This document shows, piece after piece, positions 21,415 through 34,245 of a stretch of 64,000 nucleotides of DNA. The notes below the pieces were generated by a model. That model saw only the letters and a list, made by a program, of their open reading frames with translations, searched no databases and was not told the origin of the DNA. A program made the position numbers and the translations under genes. This DNA comes from Glycera tridactyla. Taxonomy: Eukaryota. Numbering within the stretch: the stretch's first letter is position 1; each line of letters begins with the position of its first letter. The DNA lies in assembly GCA_965644265.1 (NCBI GenBank), contig OZ286462.1, forward strand, positions 51,274,001 to 51,338,000. The letters are read 5' to 3'.

Positions 21415-23129
21415 CTGAAATTAAAATTGATCAATACACCGCCAATCAAATTTTGCAATAAATCATTGAATTGTATGAGTGTGTACAAAGTTGTACAATG
21501 AGTTAATGTTTTCACATGTCCGTTGATAGGTCGATTTGTTACAAGGGGCCATGTCACATTTGCGGTTGACCCAGTTGTCTCCGCAGGTTGCCATTATCGA
21601 GCTTTCACTCAGCTGACTCTGTGAAGGGACACAATAAGCTGAGCTCTTAGAAGTCTTAACATGTGACCAGACTTGACCACTTACTGGTAATTAAAGGAGA
21701 TGGCTTGTGAAAGCTTTGACGCTTCCCGCACAGTCTTGACTCTTCATTTCCCATGATTATAGGAGAGATAGATGGGAGGAGTGTGGATGGTAATGAAACG
21801 GGAGCTTGCTATCAAATCGGGCATGTAAAGCTTGTCGCTTTCAGGAACAAAAGACCCTTTCCAAGCCATACCTTTCACATCTCCCAGACGGAGGATATGG
21901 GTTCAAGGTTATTCATGTAAAGTGCTACCGCACTCTCGGCACATTAATAGAACTAAGGGAACATAGTTCATACAGAAATGTGCCTTATTGGCACATATTT
22001 CCCGAGACATTCACTTGATGATAATATTGTTTCACCTAATTTCAACAAATTGAGAAACTTCATTTTAATACACTATACCCATTCCTGACACAAATAATAA
22101 GAAGATATTCAATGACCTCATGACAGAATTCCTCTGTAACATCATGTGTTGGTGAAATATGTAATGTAATGTAATATAGACTTTATTTTAAAAGGAAAAT
22201 CTACAATTAACTGTCAGCAAACAGTCCTTTTCAGTATATCGTTTGTGGTTAAAAATGGGTTAGTTGTAGCAGCAATGGTACATGGCTAGTTATCAATGAA
22301 CCTTATCACATGAGAAAAATGTCTATGGAGATTTCTGAATGGATTGACATTGTTGGGGTGGTGCCCCAAATGCTGATATTGGAAATGCATACAGGATGAG
22401 TTTATACACACAAATGTTAATAAAACTGGAGCAGCCCAATAATGATCCCATAATGTGCTCCCAAATTGCATTATCAGCTATGGCTAAATGTCATTAGTTT
22501 CATCATTCTTTTCTCATTTCAGGTCATAATGAGAGAAATGCATGACTCATCGCCAGTGTTATCTTTGTCATCATGTTTTCATGTTGATTAAACACTGTTA
22601 TGAAACCCCACTGAAACATCCATGTGACTGTTCGCTTGTAGGTTGGGTTGTAGGATGAGTTAACCATCAATTCACTCCTTTCTGCGGTAAATTCTTCATT
22701 AAAATATTATTGTGGGAGGGCCCGCTATATTTGAATATTGCTGAAGTGGTGTTATGTGAACTTTTCTGATCCAAGGTGATGCCATCGCAACTGCATTCAC
22801 TTCACATTTCCTGTCTCCAATATTTACAAAGAATGTTTTATTGAAAATTGAATTCATCAGCACAATTGCTTCTTCCCACTCACACCTTTGTCAGTACAAT
22901 GGACCCTTTGATATGCATCCATCTAGATCTCATGAGCTTCCACCTTCAAAGGGGAAACTACTTTCACAAGACAACTTCCCTATTTACCTTCAGCAAGAGA
23001 CTGACTCTTGGAGACCACCTTTTGGTGAATTTAGACTGATTTCTAATCACAAGTTCAGGGTTGGATCCAGATGAAGGCACAAGGACATTTCAAATCTGCA
23101 AATGTATTGTTCTTGGTTCCAAGATCATC

Positions 23130-23319
23130 CATGATGAACAAAGATTTACCTACTATGGAACGATTTGTTGAGACATATCACTACGTTTCAATCTGTCAAC
23201 TGGGTAACGTGACAACTCCACTGATCAATCACGTGATCAAGACTGCTTGTAGTGTGGTCGAAATGTCGTGATACGTCTCAACAAATCGTTTCAAATTAGG
23301 TAAATCTTCTTTCATCATG
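23130..23319. mobile_element. MITE with ~60-bp TIRs (a family distinct from the CAGT MITEs)
   Basis: CATGATGAACAAAGATTTACCTACTATGGAACGATTTGTTGAGACATATCAC is the near-perfect reverse complement of GTGATACGTCTCAACAAATCGTTTCAAATTAGGTAAATCTTCTTTCATCATG. The internal segment contains TGATCAATCACGTGATCA. Confidence 0.85.
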
Positions 23320-24087
23320 ACATTTCACGTGTTTTATCCAGCATTGGCACCTCTTCAAAACAATTGGACCCACTTCTCCTATAATGAATGTACCCATTTT
23401 AAGATATTTTGCAGAGAAATGCCATTTTTTCCCCTCAAATTTAAAGGGGGCAAACGCCCCCCAGTTTAGAAAATCCTGGATGCAATCCAGTAGGTTTCAC
23501 TGTACAGGCAAGCTTGCTGATGATTCAGCACTTTACTCATTTGTTTTTTCACCTCATTTTTTCTTCAACAGCATAAGATTTCAACGGAGAAGTGAAAAGA
23601 TGTGTCTGTCAGCGAATGATCGTCTGGCAAAGAATTAATCAGATCGCTGTAAATGAAGGCTTGCTTAAATTTGACTTTGACATGGCAGCCCGCTGGTGGT
23701 GGAGGATAACAGCATCAGTTGGGGGTCAGTGAACACCATGGGGATGGCGGTTTGATTGGCCTAGATGTGAAGTCATGAACCTCAACATGTTTTAAAAGTG
23801 TCCTACTAGGCAGTATCTGTTGGCATCAGTTGACGAGCTTGCACTGGCTGATTGTTGGCCTATCAATATGACTACAGCCAGAGGTGTTCTTAGGTCATCC
23901 AAGCTAGTTAACTTCTGTCACATCAACTCTTAGGTCAATCCTGTGGTCACTGTGATGGTCCATAATTGAATGCAGTACATTCATTAAGTATTTCCCTAGC
24001 TTGATGCCTTTCTCTTCTTCTAACATATAACTGTACTTGAGATCACAGCATTGCACATGTTTTTGAGAGTCGGCTCCCAGCCAGCTA

Positions 24088-24265
24088 CAGTGGAAGATGC
24101 GACGAGAGACCCCCTGACGAGAGATCACCTCTGACAGAAGACCACTATTTCAGGGCAGCTTTTTCTATTTGACATAGTCAAATATACCTCCAATGAGAGA
24201 CCACCTCTTTTGAGAGACCACATTTTGGTGACGTTTGGGGCAGTCTCTCATCCCAGGTTTCATTG
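24088..24265 (+). mobile_element. MITE subfamily A, full length (178 bp)
   Basis: TA-CAGTGGAAG...CAGGTTTCATTG-TA, with the central TATTTGACATAGTCAAATA and GAGAGACCACC repeats. Confidence 0.85.
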
Positions 24266-24631
24266 TACATAGTCACCCGGTCATTTGTTGTTTAATGCAT
24301 AATATTTTTTATTTGCAAAATTTTCTCAAAATGGTGGATGATGAAATTTTCATTCATGGTGTTTTCATCTCACTTGAGTGTGAAACTTGAGTGTGAGTTC
24401 TAGGAATGTGAAGTTAGGTTGGGTGCAATTGACATGATCATCAGAAAGTTGAGCAGCATATGACAGTGAGCAGTGTCATGGCTGACAACTCTACTACGCA
24501 ATCTTGCTACATCGGCATGCCGATGATGCCTGCATCTGACAACTTCTTTATCGCAGAACTCGCTCCTGATCACGGCAGCTGACAACTTGCTGCTTGGATT
24601 GCCATATCGGATCAGCACTCGATCGCAAACA

Positions 24632-24808
24632 NNNNNNNNNNNNNNNNNNNNNNNNNNNNNNNNNNNNNNNNNNNNNNNNNNNNNNNNNNNNNNNNNNNNN
24701 NNNNNNNNNNNNNNNNNNNNNNNNNNNNNNNNNNNNNNNNNNNNNNNNNNNNNNNNNNNNNNNNNNNNNNNNNNNNNNNNNNNNNNNNNNNNNNNNNNNN
24801 NNNNNNNN
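24632..24808. other. Assembly or masking gap
   Basis: N run flanked by ...AAACA and GAGAGAG. Confidence 0.95.
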
Positions 24809-25035
24809 GAGAGAGTGTGAGAGACTGATCCCAAAAAATACTATTCCGAAAAAAAAAATGAGGATATAAATATAAACTGATGCCATTTTTCTTATTAGAA
24901 TTTTGGGTAGTTATGGGAATATTTCGCTCAGTAGCTCAAATGAAAATCACAAAATTGCTAATGCTCCACATAGATATTGGGCTGTCAGCTAAATGGGAAT
25001 ACAGTGGAACTTGGACTTGACTGGTATCTCAATTA

Positions 25036-25212
25036 CAGTCGAACCTGTCTATAAAGACCGCCTTCGGTCGCATCAAAAAGCGGTCTTTATGGGCAGGTGG
25101 TCTTTATAGAAAGATCATTTACTGTTGAAAATACTACCACTGTCGCAGCTCAGGCGGTCTTTATAGAGAGGTGGTCTTTATGGAAAGGTGGTCTTTAGAG
25201 CAGGTTCGACTG
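25036..25212 (+). mobile_element. MITE subfamily B, full length (177 bp)
   Basis: TA-CAGTCGAACCTG...CAGGTTCGACTG-TA, with internal repeats of GG(T/C)GGTCTTTA. Confidence 0.9.
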
Positions 25213-26089
25213 TACTTCAGAAATAGATTTTTCAAGACTTTTGTTTTGCTAGCTGGTGGCAACACATTTGCAAAAAACTGAGAAGATGTGAGAGAAGTTT
25301 TTGCTACTAGTGCTACTAGCACGTGAACCCTGCAATGGGAAACTGCCACATAACAGATGATCCCTTGTTGGAGGAACTTTGGATATATGGGAGAAGTAAG
25401 GTACCACCAAAAAGGGGTCTTTCAAAATCGATACCCTCTCATCAGGTGATTTCTCATTACGGTATACACTGAGGTAGTTGTTTCAATGAGTGGTCACAGA
25501 CCAAAAGTGGATGCAGCATACAAAGAGTGGGTCGGACCTGTGTGGTTAAGAGTCAGCGATCCGAAGTTTCTAGCTTGTTGTTGGTGAAGTCATATTTGGG
25601 AACCAGCTGGCATGGGTCTGGCATAATGTATGATGACAGGACCGCACAAGTGCACTTCCACTTCTGATATAACTACCTTGATGAATGATGACATTTTGAG
25701 ATCTTCATCTGCTGAAATATCAGGACGTCATCCGTTTCTTCTGTCATGACAGTATACGTTTTTTAAACATTCGAGAATATCAACGCATGATTGCTAGGAT
25801 GAGCCTCGCTTAAAGCAGTATCGTTTCTTCTCCCATCATTTTGTGATCAAAATAGATACAGAATAAACCAGTGAGGAAAGTTACTGATGAGAGAAACACC
25901 TGCTTGAACAGATCACATCTTGAGAGCGCCTAGTATTTGTGACATATTCGAATATATCTTCAACAAGAAAAGATCTGTTTCATGAGACTATTTATGGTGA
26001 AATTTAGGGTGGTCCATCATCACAGTATTCACCTTATTGATATTATTTGGATGATAGGTTTGTTCAGCTGAAAAGCTGATATGATTGTA

Positions 26090-26290
26090 TACATATTTCT
26101 ATCATTACTGTTATTATTATGATTGTTTTTAATATCTTTATCATTATTATCCTCATTCTAATCATCACTTTCATTATTTTCATCCCTATTCTTGTTGTTA
26201 TTTGGTATGATCAACTGATAAATAATAGTTATTACCTCTATTATTATCTTTATCTACATCATCATTATCACTTTTGGCTATGGTAATAAA
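26090..26290. repeat. Degenerate ATT/ATC low-complexity tract
   Basis: Run of attatc/attatt-like trimers. Confidence 0.6.
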
Positions 26291-29200
26291 ACATGCAAAG
26301 ACATAGTTAGGCGGTGCAGCCGAAAAGCCGATGACCACTTTAAATGAAGTGAACTGCTAGAACTAATTTTTGAAAGAAATATCATCCATGGATGATTCTG
26401 TTCGGCCGTGAGGATCAGTAGATTATTGTTTGCCATCCTACTTGTGATCTTTTGTTACTGGGCTGCATTTGGGGTTACTCCCACAGGATGCCATATCATG
26501 GTGTTCGGATAATATGTTCCCCTGCCAATATCGCATTGTGATGACAGCCATATTGTCATGCATGTCGTATCATTGACAGATATTTAAATGAATGGCTTGC
26601 GAGATGAAAGAGCCAATCGTTGTGATCATATACTGCTGCATGGCTTGATGTTGCCGGGCAACTCCGTGAAGTCATGGTAATGGCCTTCACCTTGGAACAA
26701 CTCAATACAACGCTTTCTGTCCTGCTTGCTGCAACGTGTTGAATACGGGAAAACCTTGTGAACATGGTCAGGGACTTTATAAGGATGCATTGCATCTCAC
26801 CAAAATACAATCCTACAGTGAGGTACATGTTGAGGTGGTGGAAAATGGGATGTTCATTCAGCATAAATCATACCTCGGCAAAACTCAACCTTCTGGCAAA
26901 GGTGAAGGCCACTCTTGACTGGGTACCTGTCAGTTTTTTCAGTAAATACTCCCTTTTCTGCACTAAATGTATGACCACCCTCGAAGTTCACCTCTGTTAT
27001 GCCTCGAATTTCAGGCATGCAACATCGGTCCATTTTGACCACTTCTAAGGTGGAACAACAACCGCTAAGTGTGCTTGAACAATAAAACAATGGACAATTC
27101 AAACAGGCAAACATTTATACACTGGTGTTAATGTGTACCGGGTCACAATGCAGGATCATGCCTTGGATCCGATGTTTCATAGGTCATGACCTTAGGGTGT
27201 TGTCATTACACGCTAAACTAACATTAGTCGAGTGGGCGCTATCGGCGCACAGAATCCTGTCCAGTTTAATAGTGATAAAATGCGCCATTGCACCTTGTTT
27301 ATGATTCATAAATGGAGGTGCATTGAATGGGTACTTGTTGTGTGATGGATGGATCTCGTTCTGTTTGAGAATGGCTGGACATCAGGACCATTGTCCCGTA
27401 GTAATGAGCTATTAAAATGATGTGATCCAAATATTTCTGACCTTTGCCTTATCATGACACTATCAACTTTATTTCCATGTTCAGTGAATGGCCTGTCAAA
27501 GTGAGGAAATGGATTGATATATGTCCACAAATGGCAGTAGCAAAACTTCTTTTCACAAAACAGTTGATTATACAGCAATGCCATATGATCCAGATTTTTA
27601 GGATAAGGCAATTTGTCAGTCAGGCGGTATACAGTGGTAACCTGAGATTTTGGCCAATTGAGAGATATTTTGATATAGAATGATGACATATACTATGCAT
27701 CCCCATTTCAAACATAGAAATTATCTAATTTCTTGTGGATTTGAACCTGGGATGTTCAGCATGGAACCAACCGCCAAGCCTGGAGGATTTCCGAAAATGT
27801 GATTTGTAGATTCTAATGGTGTATTGTGAAAATAGTTTCATTCTAATCAAATTTGTTGTTTCCATCTTGGAGTGTAATACAATGCACATGTTTCCATTTC
27901 ATTTCTGTCAATTTGAGGTGACAAGCAATCATGCGAGGGTGAGGTTGATTCTGGGGATGAGAGCACCACATGAAACTCTCGGGTGCCTGATAAACCAAGT
28001 TGTTGATACTCAGAAGCACCGTGAGTCATGTCCCGATGACAGGTCTTTCATCAAGTATCCCAAATAAATAGTTTCTAGCATGCTGAAAAACGATTCTACA
28101 GTGCACAAGTGTACCATAACCCACCACCTGACTCTTATACTACAGATGTTGAAAGGGTCGGAGTTCATTCCCCATTTTGTTCGTCCTTATATTCACAAGA
28201 TTGATGATGGTATTGTCAGTTTGTCAGCTGAGCTCTTCATCTTCTCGGAAGGTGAAATCCAGCTTTTTCATTTTCTGTCATGAAATCATTTGGTTGCATG
28301 GTGATATTCCCTCTCTCGAAATGGCACTCTTCAAACTACAAATAATTTTCGCCTGTGACAAAGTGTTTTCTGCATATTTCCAAAGCATTTCAAGGTCACC
28401 TTCAGGTACTGCCCTAGTTCCAGATCTTCAAATTTTTGGCTGAAATTTTCAAAGAATTCAGATTCATGTGGGTTTTGTGCGTGGAGCTTATTAGTTTGGC
28501 GCAAAGTTTCTCTTTGCTCAAGTTCATTTGGAGGCAGTGACCGCTGCCTCCACCAGGTGACAGTTTACCACCACTGTAATGTGATCGCTCAGCTAAGGCT
28601 GACAGGCCTAGTCTCATGTGAACTATCAAGAAGTCATTCACCTGAACGTAGTTTGCCCGGGGTGATCCCAGTCTTACTTAGCTGATTAATCCAGAGACAG
28701 TGGACAGTTGATAAATATTAGTGTCTAGACATTTCGGCGACAGCCATCGCATCAAGTTTTCAGTGATAGAAACCGCCCACTGAATGTGGTCTCTAACTAC
28801 AATACATCTGGTAATCGCCCACAACTGGCTCTCTGCTGAAATTTTGCCTTCTGCAGCTTTTAAGACTTTCAAGATAATGAGGAATAATACCATTGAATGT
28901 CTTTGTGACTGATATATCACTTTGATGACAAATGATATTGGTAGAAATAGTTGTTAGGTAGCACTTGTCTCAACTGATGTGCTTTATGTGTAGAAAAAGA
29001 AATGTCATCAGGCTCTAGTATCAGCTATCTGCCAGTTACACAGTAATGTCATCAATAGGATCACCAGTTGTATGATAGACATGTAGAGATGTGTCTGAAC
29101 TGTTCCTGTCTGCTAATTCTGCTTGACAACCTTTCTTCATCTCGCCATTGCCTCAAACATTCATAAAAAATCGTAACTTTCTGATCAACTGAGAAATTTA

Positions 29201-30420
29201 CACTCTCCCACTGGGAGAGTGAGATTGGTCTTTTCACTCTCCCAAAACCAAATTTAATCTTCCTGGGATTTGGGAGGGTGGCTAAATTCGAAGACTGGGC
29301 TTGTCGGTTTTGCACTTGATGGCTTGAGTAGCTAGATTGATATTTTCTTTTGCAGTGTTTTGGGGGGCAGGCATATTTATTATTGATGTAGGCACTTCCC
29401 GTTCATTGTTGAGAGCAGGTTTCTGTCACAGTCTGCTAATTAAGGTGATCTCATGTCAACTGGACAATGTCTTCTATCATTCAATGCCGGATTTAGTTAA
29501 AGGCAGCTGTCAGCCAAGCTTTGTTGCTGATGAAGCTATTTTCTTGCTATGTTTCAAAGCCAATTTTAGCAATTGCGTGGGTTCTGTAACCATCTTTAAA
29601 GGTTGGTCTCAGTGCAATTATTCAGTACATGCTTCATGGTCAAATCGACATTTGGTCAATGGACAGTGAATTCTCATAATTTGCAGACTTTGATAAGACT
29701 GTCGGTATGATGAATTATGAAACTGGAATTTTGATTAGCAGACTAGAAATGACATAGTAAAAGTTTCAATATATTTTTCGAGAATCAGATTGAAGATGTA
29801 TTGGGGACAGAGGCAACCCCATGGCATCTGTGTGTCAATTGTAGTTAATTTGATATCATTCATCACTCTTTATACGATGTTGTCAAATGAAATATGGTCG
29901 GAAATGGTAATTGTTGCCCTGTTGATCAGTTTCACATCTCGAATGTAAGCAGATATATATGCAAGACACTGATTATTCCAGAATCGCATCTCAGAGTTCA
30001 GTGACGTCAACCCCAGAAGCAGTTGAGGAATAACGGTAATGATCAGAGTTCGGTGTGCCCAAAATGAAGTGAGAAATGCGAAGATCCCAAGAAAGTTGGC
30101 ATTTAGCGAAAGCTGACACCAGATTTCTCATTGCAATTCTGCAAATTCCAACCTTGTTTCCCAAGTCAATTCTCTATTTCTGGCGAGGTCCTTCATGCTG
30201 GATGATGAAGCGACATGCAGGATTTTGACCTCCAGTTGAGTCAGTGCCGGGGTTTCCTCCGGACAGCCAACAGTTGTAACAATTAATTTGGGATGGCAGA
30301 CAGGGTGAAAGGAAGTGGGTTCAGCCTACGTTAATCAGCTTGAACATGTCATTGATGAATTTTTAATGTGTTTTCAGGATGTCAGCCTTCCTAAGCGGTG
30401 TGAATTAGATGGGTATTGTG

Positions 30421-30675
30421 TGAGTGAGTGAGCGTGGGTGTNNNNNNNNNNNNNNNNNNNNNNNNNNNNNNNNNNNNNNNNNNNNNNNNNNNNNNNNNNN
30501 NNNNNNNNNNNNNNNNNNNNNNNNNNNNNNNNNNNNNNNNNNNNNNNNNNNNNNNNNNNNNNNNNNNNNNNNNNNNNNNNNNNNNNNNNNNNNNNNNNNN
30601 NNNNNNNNNNNNNNNNNNNNNGTGGCTTGATGAGTAAATGGGTTGGTGATTTCTGAACAGGGCAGGCAGGCAGGC

Positions 30676-30756
<81 letters not shown>

Positions 30757-30853
30757 GGAAGGCACATATATTGATTGAGTGCTTGATCAATTGATTGATT
30801 GATTGATTGATTGAATGAACAGTTGATTGATTGATTGGTTAAGGTATTGATTG
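30421..30853. repeat. Compound microsatellite block: (GAGT)n, N gap 30442-30621, (GGCA)/(GACA)n 30661-30757, (ATTG)n 30788-30853
   Basis: Directly visible tandem tetramers. Confidence 0.95.
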
Positions 30854-31272
30854 AAGGAGTGCATTATTTGAGAGAAGTGAATGTGGTTCATCAAGTGATT
30901 ACAATCATTTGATAATTGAGCAAGGATGTCATTGTTAGGCTTAGAAAAGTAGGTTTCTATCATTCCACCAGCATCAGCTGTATTTTTCTACTTTTAACTC
31001 AATAATTGGATGGATAACTAAGAGCATTACTGTGGCTCTGTGATCATTGAACGATAGATGCTGTATGCCCTGTGTTCTCAGCCAAAGGTTTGTATGCAGC
31101 CATAATCTTAGCTTTTCTGACTGCATTGATTTTGCTCTGAATGGTTCTGGAATCATCAGGTTCAACTCATGGCAAAAGCTTGTCAACATTAGGCAAATCT
31201 GCTTACAGTATCAGGTCATAGGGAGGCTGATGAATTGTATCCTTAGTGCGAATGTAAGTTTAGTGATAAGGA

Positions 31273-31380
31273 CTTACTCACTCACTCTCACTCACTCACT
31301 CACTCACTTGCTTAATAATTTACTGCACTAACTTTTTCAGTTGCTTACCTACTCACCAGCTTACTTACTCACTTACTTAC
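31273..31380. repeat. (CACT)n / (CTTA)n microsatellite
   Basis: actcactcact... followed by cttacttactcacttac. Confidence 0.85.
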
Positions 31381-32060
31381 CCATCGCATGGGTGTCTCCA
31401 TATAGCACATTTGGAGCTGATGTGACCAAACCAAGCACCCATTAATTCCTATCATGTTGGTTTCTTAGCCAGAATATCTACCATCGGTTCTAGATATATT
31501 GCTGCACAAGCGAATTTCTTGATACGTTAGTACACAAACATGGTAGAGATGTGGAAACGGCATTGCCCACTAATGACAGGATAGGCCAGCAAGCAGAGGG
31601 CACAGGTGGTGTATGACACGGTAAGATTTACTGGACTTCCTAGCCATATGACACCTGGATTTAGACGCAATCTCTGTGCCTATTAGCCTTCCAATAGGCC
31701 GTGATCCCTCTGTACTATAGGTCATATCACCTTCAGATACTCCCTCGTAAAAACTCGTCTTCTTCAGGCCCTATTCACTCATCCCTATATCCACTCAGAA
31801 TTCAAGTTAGTAACCTTGCGTACTAGGATACTCAACGAGATTCAGAGGGACTTAATGAATGATCTCCAGTATTGATGAACTCTACGCTTTACTGAGATAC
31901 CCCTGTCTCTCCATGCAAGGCCTGCTCGCTTATTTCCATCAATCTGTATTTGGTCAATTGCTATACCCCACCTTCTTTGGCCTTCTTAAGCGCATTTCAA
32001 CTTTGCTGACTCGAAATTGAGATTGAGAATCTTCATATTAAGACAAGATATTAAGACAGG

Positions 32061-32220
32061 ATATGACAAATAAAGCTGCCCTTCAAAAGCGGTCTCTTGT
32101 CAGGGGGTCTCTCCTCACAGGTTTCACTGTAGTCAAATATACCTTCAATAGGAGACAACCTCTTTAGACAGACCAATTTTTGGTGACATCTAAGGTGGTC
32201 TCTCATTGCAGATTTTCCTG
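32061..32220. mobile_element. Rearranged MITE A copy with its left half inverted
   Basis: The reverse-complemented left half (ending CAGGTTTCACTGTA at 32131) is joined directly to a forward right half starting GTCAAATATACC at 32132. Confidence 0.8.
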
Positions 32221-33069
32221 TAATACCGTCCTGACCTATATAAAGATGACATACATGCATGATTTTATATTGAATCTATACAAAGTAATTGGATGGATTC
32301 CTTGTAATCTCATACAAATTTTCAATAACATATCCAAAAGTAATTCCATGAATGCAAGTGAACGAATTAATGATCTGCGACAAAATTCAGATTAGTTATC
32401 CATCATCGTGGAGTGGAATCACTCACTTCAGGTTTCTCATTTTAATTCTGTGTACATTGTTCCGTGAAATCTGATGAACTACCTGGTTAGTTTCAATTCA
32501 CAGTCAGTGATTCATACAGTGTCATGAATTGAGTGGTTAGATGGAACTAGATTGAGATTATGAATGTGAGGAGATGGGGATCAAACCCAGCATGAGGTTT
32601 CTGACTTCCGCATGGCTGACAACATGCATTACACGGTACTTGTCAACATTTCATATTGCAGTTTTATGGATGCATAAAAAAGATGCATCATCCATCATAC
32701 AGTTTTTTTTTCATCCATCAGAATAATTTGATGATGATCTCAGGCCCATTAGGAGAGTGAGTGAAAGCAATGGAAATTTCCGCCTATATTCTGTATTATG
32801 ATTTCTTCTGACACTTGGATTTTGGATGTCTCACAAAAGAATTTCTGCTACCCAATAGTTTCAAACTTCTTCCTTCTTCAGGGGTGTGAAATTGGAAGTG
32901 CCTGAAACCCCAACCTGGTATTTCACTGATGATTAACCCAACTCTGCTGTGGTTGTTCACAGTTCTGCTGATGTGGTCATTGTGCTGGATGGTTGTGATT
33001 TCATTCTTTCTTTTTTTCTTAAAAATGAATTGAGATTGATAGGTACCTCTAGGGCAACTTTCTGTATTA

Positions 33070-33242
33070 CAGTGAAACCTGCGACCAGAGATCCCCTGAT
33101 GAGAGACCACCTCCGGGAAACCGCTTCTGCTTGGCACCTTCTCTATTTGACATAGTCAAATAAACCACCAAGGAGAGACCACCACTTTTGAGAGACCACA
33201 TTTTGGTGCCTTCAGGGTGGTCTCTCAAGTCAGGTTTCACTG
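33070..33242 (+). mobile_element. MITE subfamily A, full length (173 bp)
   Basis: TA-CAGTGAAACCTG...CAGGTTTCACTG-TA with the central palindrome. Confidence 0.9.
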
Positions 33243-33344
33243 TATCACCCTAATGTCTGCTATGAGATGTTGAAGTCAAAGGACGAGAATTTTCGTCCAA
33301 GGATAGGTGACGCCTCCCTGATATTCACCGATCTGCCCATATTT

Positions 33345-33468
33345 TTTTCATGGCAGCTTTCCTTTCCAACATAGTCATATACATGTATACCTCTGACCAG
33401 AGATCACTTCTTTTGAGAGACGACATTTTGGCGACATTTAGGGTGGTTGATCGTTACATGTTTCACTG
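33345..33468 (+). mobile_element. MITE A, right-hand portion (degenerate)
   Basis: GGCAGCTTT...ACATAGTCA...GAGAGACGACATTTTGG...GTTTCACTG-TA. Confidence 0.7.
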
Positions 33469-33849
33469 TACAAGGTCTGTGTTTCACTTATTACAGTTGC
33501 TCATGTGTGTGTGGAGCTCAGGGTCACATGATGTGAAGTAGACAACCAATTTGACACATGCTGCCTGGGGATGAACATGTTAGAGAGCATGTATTTGTTC
33601 TGATCCATCACAGCTGTCAAGCATATATGCATCAACAACCACACTTAATTAATGATATGCCCATTTGGGTGCATGGGCTGACCCACATTGTTGTATACAC
33701 AGTTTTCCAGTATTGATTTCATAAGTCTGCTTTAGAAACTGTGTCAAATGCCAATCAAGGAAAAGAATATGAATAATCTCGAAGTATATTTCCCATCCAA
33801 GGATTCATTCTTTTCTTTGTGAATCATCCACATGGAGCTCTTTCATAGT

Positions 33850-33995
33850 ATCTTCAATGGGAGACCGCACTTTCAGGACAGCTTTTCTTTTCGACATAGT
33901 CAAAAACACCTTCGACGAGAGACCACCTCTTTTGAGAGACCACTTATTTGGAGAGACCGCTTTTTGGGGTGGTCCCTGATCACACGTTTCTCTCT
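33850..33995 (+). mobile_element. MITE A, internal portion (degenerate)
   Basis: GGGAGACCGC...TTCGACATAGTCAAA...GAGAGACCACCTCTTTTGAGAGACCAC...GGGTGGTCC. Confidence 0.7.
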
Positions 33996-34069
33996 ATCCA
34001 GGCACCAAATATCAAAAAGGAGTGATCTGAGGTTTTCAAGTCCTTCCTTTGATTTGCTCTTCATTAATA

Positions 34070-34245
34070 CAGTGAAACCTGTCTTGGGAGACCCTCTTTG
34101 GGAGACCACCCTCTAATGGGAGACTGCTCTCTATCGGCTCTTTTCTGTTTGACATAGTCAAATATACCTCCAATGAGAGACCACCTGTCTTGAGAGACCA
34201 CTTTTCATTGGCGCTTTGGGTGGTCTCTCAAGACAGGTTTTACTG
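34070..34245 (+). mobile_element. MITE subfamily A, full length (176 bp), closely related to 13871-14048
   Basis: TA flanks and TIRs. About 13 differences from the 13871 copy by manual alignment. Confidence 0.9.

Noticed and set aside
27735-27785. tRNA gene candidate (minus-strand GGTTCAAATCC B-box)
   Set aside because: No cloverleaf or acceptor stem; at most a decayed SINE head.
28529-28552. GC-rich 9-10 bp hairpin TGGAGGCAG/CTGCCTCCA as a Helitron 3' end or terminator
   Set aside because: No CTRR terminus at the expected distance on either strand and no U-tract. Intrinsic terminators are not relevant in this eukaryotic context.
28678-28835. Minus-strand exon with a tttcag acceptor and |gtaaga donor
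   Set aside because: All frames hit stops (the longest ends with TAA exactly at the donor), so it is at best a UTR or poison exon without support.
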